Origin: Candidatus Krumholzibacteriia bacterium
GTDB lineage: Bacteria > Krumholzibacteriota > Krumholzibacteriia > WVZY01
Assembly (NCBI GenBank): GCA_036478295.1
Contig: JAZGDW010000283.1
Span: 1-10,406 of the forward strand
Length of the DNA: 10,406 nucleotides
Direction: 5' to 3'
Shown: positions 7,476 to 10,406 of the stretch, in pieces
Position numbering within the stretch: the stretch's first letter is position 1
Layout: the number at the start of each line of letters is the position of its first letter
Position numbers and translations under genes: made by a program
Notes under the pieces: generated by a model
What the model saw: the letters and a program-made list of their open reading frames with translations, nothing else
Databases searched by the model: none
Told to the model about the DNA's origin: nothing

Positions 7476-8236
7476 GAAAACTTCTTACATTTCTTCTGGC
7501 AGTGGTGGTCCACTTGTCAGGCATTCCATCGGCTCGCTCGGAAGGGCTTAGTGACGAGGCACTGGATCGACTGGAAAAGACCCATCCTTTTTTTATCATC
7601 CTCGATCGGAATGAGAAAGGGTTCGTCAGATACCTTTACACCGACCGGAGTGGTCATCTCCACGTTTATTCCGTTCAAGAGGGCAAATCGGTGCTGGAGT
7701 GGGAGACGGAGAGCATGGGGTCACGGGTCAGCTCCGTCTTTGTGACGGACGTGAACGCTGATGGACGTGATGAGATCCTGGTGTCGACGGTGGGCGGTCG
7801 CATCGTCGCCTTTGACGCTATGAATTATGACAAGCTGGGCGAGAACCTGCTAGAACCTTTCAAGAATATCAAGTGCATGGTAGCCGCGAACCTCGACAAC
7901 GATGAACAGCAGGAAATCATTTTTATCGCAGACGGGTACTTGTATATCTATGACGGGCTGACGAGAGTCCGTGAATGGAAGAGCCACAACGAGTACCAGG
8001 CTACGGAACTGCTGGTCGCGAACATCGATGACGATGAACAACCCGAGATCATCTTGAACTCGGGTGCGATAATCGATTCCCAATTCTACCGGGAAGATCT
8101 CAACTACGATATGGGGTTCGGAAACAGGATGCGGCTCGTGGATATCAATGGAGACGGGTATCCGGAGATCATCGGAGACGTCGGGGATTACAGTCTTAGG
8201 ATCTTCGATCTCTACGCCGAGAGGGAACTCTGGTAA
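7472..8236 (+). CDS. Secreted FG-GAP/VCBS-repeat (beta-propeller-type, Ca2+-binding) protein, 254 aa
   Basis: Signal peptide MRKLLTFLLAVVVHLSGIPSARS. Four DxDxDG-type loops: DVNADGRDEI, NLDNDEQQEI, NIDDDEQPEI, DINGDGYPEI. ATGA overlap with the NTT stop and a GAGGAGG RBS. Confidence 0.8.
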   Translation: MRKLLTFLLAVVVHLSGIPSARSEGLSDEALDRLEKTHPFFIILDRNEKGFVRYLYTDRSGHLHVYSVQEGKSVLEWETESMGSRVSSVFVTDVNADGRDEILVSTVGGRIVAFDAMNYDKLGENLLEPFKNIKCMVAANLDNDEQQEIIFIADGYLYIYDGLTRVREWKSHNEYQATELLVANIDDDEQPEIILNSGAIIDSQFYREDLNYDMGFGNRMRLVDINGDGYPEIIGDVGDYSLRIFDLYAERELW

Positions 8237-8253
8237 GCTGAAGCGGAAGGTCG

Positions 8254-8811
8254 CTAGTCGCCCATTAGACTCTTGAGCTTTGCGAGCACCGCCCCCAACT
8301 CGGCCTGCGCCGGCTCGCGGCCGTGTGTCTGGTGGACCAGTACTCCGTGCCGGTCGAAGACGAAAATATTGCTGGCGCCTTTCTCGAACTGATACGCCTC
8401 GGCGAACTCGCCTTCCCAGTCCAGGAGTACCCAGTTCTCTTTTTCTTTCGGCAGCTTTCCCCTGACCATTTCCCTCATGAAGTGCGGGATCCCGCGCATG
8501 TTCGCTACCCGCAGGAATCTGATGTCATCGAACCCGCTCTCGTCCTCCAGGGAATCCTTGATCGCCCGGGTCCACAGGCGGCTGTACTTGCGGCCCTCCC
8601 GGCCGCTTGCAATCACGACAACCACGTGGCCGTGGTAATCCTCGTCGGCGTGGACACGTTCGAATTGATCTTTGATCTTGAACGAGATCAGCGTGTCTTC
8701 CTGTGCGGCCCGCGGGTGCGTGGGAAGAAGCACCGCCATAATTGAGAGGAGAAGCGCTACGGAGAGAAGTGACATCGAAGTGACAGACAATGCGCTGCGA
8801 GGTCGGCTCAT
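8254..8811 (-). CDS. Exported thioredoxin-fold protein without CxxC (YtfJ/ATP10/redoxin-like), about 185 aa
   Basis: Start ATG at 8811 lies 4 nt after the permease stop. Signal peptide ending ...LLPTHPRAA|Q. Redoxin-like motifs FKIKDQFERVH, GHVVVVIAS, VLLDWEGEFAEAY and NIFVFDRHGVLV. No Cys from this start onward. Confidence 0.7.
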   Translation of the reverse strand: MSRPRSALSVTSMSLLSVALLLSIMAVLLPTHPRAAQEDTLISFKIKDQFERVHADEDYHGHVVVVIASGREGRKYSRLWTRAIKDSLEDESGFDDIRFLRVANMRGIPHFMREMVRGKLPKEKENWVLLDWEGEFAEAYQFEKGASNIFVFDRHGVLVHQTHGREPAQAELGAVLAKLKSLMGD

Positions 8812-8815
8812 GTCT

Positions 8816-9955
8816 CTACTCGAAGCGGAACACCTTGACCGACAGCGCGACCAGCAACGCCGTGGCCGCGGCCATGCCAAGAAGATGTGGCGCCACGCTG
8901 GCGGGCCCGGCGGCAAAGCTGATCAGCTTGTGCAGCGCGTCCATCGCCCAGCCCGTGGGGATGAAGAGCTGGATCGACTGCATCCAGGCGGGCGTAATCT
9001 CGATCGGCCACCAGCAGCCGCCGAGGGCAGCGAGCACGTTGGCCGCTATGACACCGATCGCGACCGCCTGCCCTTCCGTGCGCGCGACGCTTCCGAGAAC
9101 CACTCCCAGGGCGGCCATCATCGCCCCGTAGACCAGCATGACGGCGATGACCGCCGCCAGGTCGGGACCCCAGTTCATCTTGAACAACACCGTGCCGGCC
9201 AGCATGCCGAAGGCGATCTGCACGACGCCCAGCGCCAGCTTGCCGCCCCACTTACCGAGGACGACGCTCAGGCGGCTGATCGGCGTGTAGGCCAGGCGGC
9301 GGAGCAAACCCTCTCTGCGCTCGCTCAGCAGCAGGACCGATCCGCTGGTGGCCATGACCATCAGTGTGAACATAACCAGGATGCCGGGAATGGATTGCTC
9401 GAATCCATGCGGGATGTGTTTACGTTTGCCGGCGGGCTTGACCTCGAGCTTCAGCGCTCGCGGCATTTCGGCCAGGCCCTTGAAATTCTCCGGCGTCGGG
9501 GCGTCGTCCATTTCACCCAGGGCCACGAGATCGGCGAGGACGGTGTAAGCGGCTCGCTGGACGCGGAGCTGGTCGTAGTCGGTGCCGATGCCTTCACCCT
9601 TGCGCGCAAACTCGAGGGTGACCGGGCGTCCGGCGAGAACCGAGTCGGTGAAACCATCGGGTACCACGAGCTGCCGGGTGTAGCGGGCGAACAGCGCCGC
9701 CGAATCCGGGCGGGCGACCACATAGTCGTTCTCCTCCAGGCGCCGTGTCAGCTCGTCGACGAGAAAACCGGCGGACTCGTCCGCCTGGAGAGCCACGGTG
9801 TCCTTGCGCGTGCCGCTCGGCCCGAAGCCGCCCGTGATGGTGCCGATAAAATAGAAAAACACGATCGGCATCACGAAGACCCAGAAGAGCGTCTCCCGGG
9901 CCCGCAGCATGTACTTCACGTCTTTGCTTGCTATAAAGAACACATCTTTCAGCAT
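8816..9955 (-). CDS. ABC-2 type transporter permease, 379 aa
   Basis: MLKDVFFIASKDVKYMLRARETLFWVFVMP N-terminus, an extracytoplasmic domain, then ERREGLLRRLAYTPISRLSVVLGK and LGGCWWPIEITPAWMQSIQLFIPTGWAMDAL ABC-2 signatures. ATG at 9955 lies 4 nt after the upstream stop. Confidence 0.9.
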   Translation of the reverse strand: MLKDVFFIASKDVKYMLRARETLFWVFVMPIVFFYFIGTITGGFGPSGTRKDTVALQADESAGFLVDELTRRLEENDYVVARPDSAALFARYTRQLVVPDGFTDSVLAGRPVTLEFARKGEGIGTDYDQLRVQRAAYTVLADLVALGEMDDAPTPENFKGLAEMPRALKLEVKPAGKRKHIPHGFEQSIPGILVMFTLMVMATSGSVLLLSERREGLLRRLAYTPISRLSVVLGKWGGKLALGVVQIAFGMLAGTVLFKMNWGPDLAAVIAVMLVYGAMMAALGVVLGSVARTEGQAVAIGVIAANVLAALGGCWWPIEITPAWMQSIQLFIPTGWAMDALHKLISFAAGPASVAPHLLGMAAATALLVALSVKVFRFE

Positions 9956-9959
9956 AATT

Positions 9960-10163
9960 TCAACCCTGGGCAAAGCCGCTTCGCAGCCGCCTCGCGCTCC
10001 ACAGGAACAACACGGTCCCTGCCACAAGCAGCCCGGCGAAGACGCGGGCAAGTGTCCCCAACTCCATCCGCCCGAGTAGAATCGCCTTCAGCTGGTCGAG
10101 CGCCCAACCGTTGGGTGTGAGCCGGCCGACAGCCGCCATCGCAGGAGGCATAGCCTCGAAGGG
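9960..10163 (-). pseudogene. 3' fragment of a second ABC-2 permease, truncated at about 10164
   Basis: PFEAMPPAMAAVGRLTPNGWALDQLKAILLG followed by a TM helix is the same C-terminal motif as in the downstream permease (PIEITPAWMQSIQLFIPTGWAMDAL). Upstream of PFEA the frame turns hydrophilic and non-permease-like and reaches TAA at 10226-10224. Confidence 0.75.
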
Positions 10164-10349
10164 GTGGAGTACGTCACCTTCATCCGCGACTCGCCGGAAG
10201 TGCGGACGGCCTACACCGACACGTTAGGCGATCTTGGGCTAGGCCTGTCAGGCTCCGTAATCGCGTCGACTCTGGTCGTCGTGGTTAGTTTCTACCAGCG
10301 GCGCATGCGGTCAGCGCAACAGGAGCGCGCGTACCGAGCGAGCGGTTAA
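10164..10349 (+). pseudogene. 3' fragment of a small membrane-protein gene (DUF2238/VanZ-like E...DT..DL motif), N-terminus missing
   Basis: EYVTFIRDSPEVRTAYTDTLGDLGLGLSGSVIASTLVVVVSFYQRR contains the DTxxDL motif followed by a TM helix and a positive-inside tail. The WE-containing helix expected before it is absent, and the fragment begins where the permease breaks off. Confidence 0.45.
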
Positions 10350-10406
10350 GTGCCCTGCTCGTGGCTCTTAGCCTGATCGCGACTGCCGAAGGTATGGCTG
10401 CACATG

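Noticed and set aside
438..8745. Numerous 60-204 aa alternate-frame and antisense ORFs inside the main genes
   Set aside because: Nested in or largely overlapping well-supported CDSs, with low-complexity Arg/Pro/Ser-rich translations as expected in GC-rich DNA.
8812..8916. Extended N-terminus of the YtfJ-like ORF (start at 8916) and its apparent Cys residues
   Set aside because: Overlaps the permease 3' end in another frame; the ATG at 8811 gives a clean coupled start and signal peptide.
9956..10051. Extended Cys-rich N-terminus of the ABC-2 permease (start at 10051)
   Set aside because: Overlaps the upstream permease fragment; the typical ABC-2 N-terminus begins at MLKDVFFIASKD (9955).
8672..10120. 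482-aa + strand ORF
   Set aside because: Antisense shadow of the ABC-2 permease genes; Arg/His/Gln/Asp-rich composition typical of the reverse frame of a GC-rich membrane-protein gene; no motifs.

Overview
GC-rich bacterial DNA from a diderm (Gram-negative-type envelope) organism, almost all encoding envelope proteins. On the + strand: the probable right end of an IS3/IS481-like insertion sequence abuts the 3' remnant of a beta-barrel/porin gene. Next comes a membrane-anchored octaheme c-type cytochrome with HEAT and TPR repeats. A tight four-gene operon follows, encoding a POTRA-less Omp85 (BamA/TamA-family) barrel, a lipoprotein with a full set of atypical-kinase motifs (VIK, E, DxxxxN, DFG), an NTT/TLC-family (ATP/ADP translocase-like) transporter and a secreted FG-GAP/VCBS-repeat protein. 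Convergent on the - strand are a cysteine-less thioredoxin-fold (YtfJ-like) exported protein, an ABC-2 permease and the 3' fragment of a second ABC-2 permease. That fragment breaks off at about 10164, back-to-back with an unrelated 5'-truncated membrane-protein gene (rearrangement or assembly junction). The most interesting signal is the Omp85 + extracytoplasmic kinase + nucleotide translocase operon, a candidate system for delivering ATP to a kinase outside the cytoplasm. All family calls are by motif recognition only; no searches were run.
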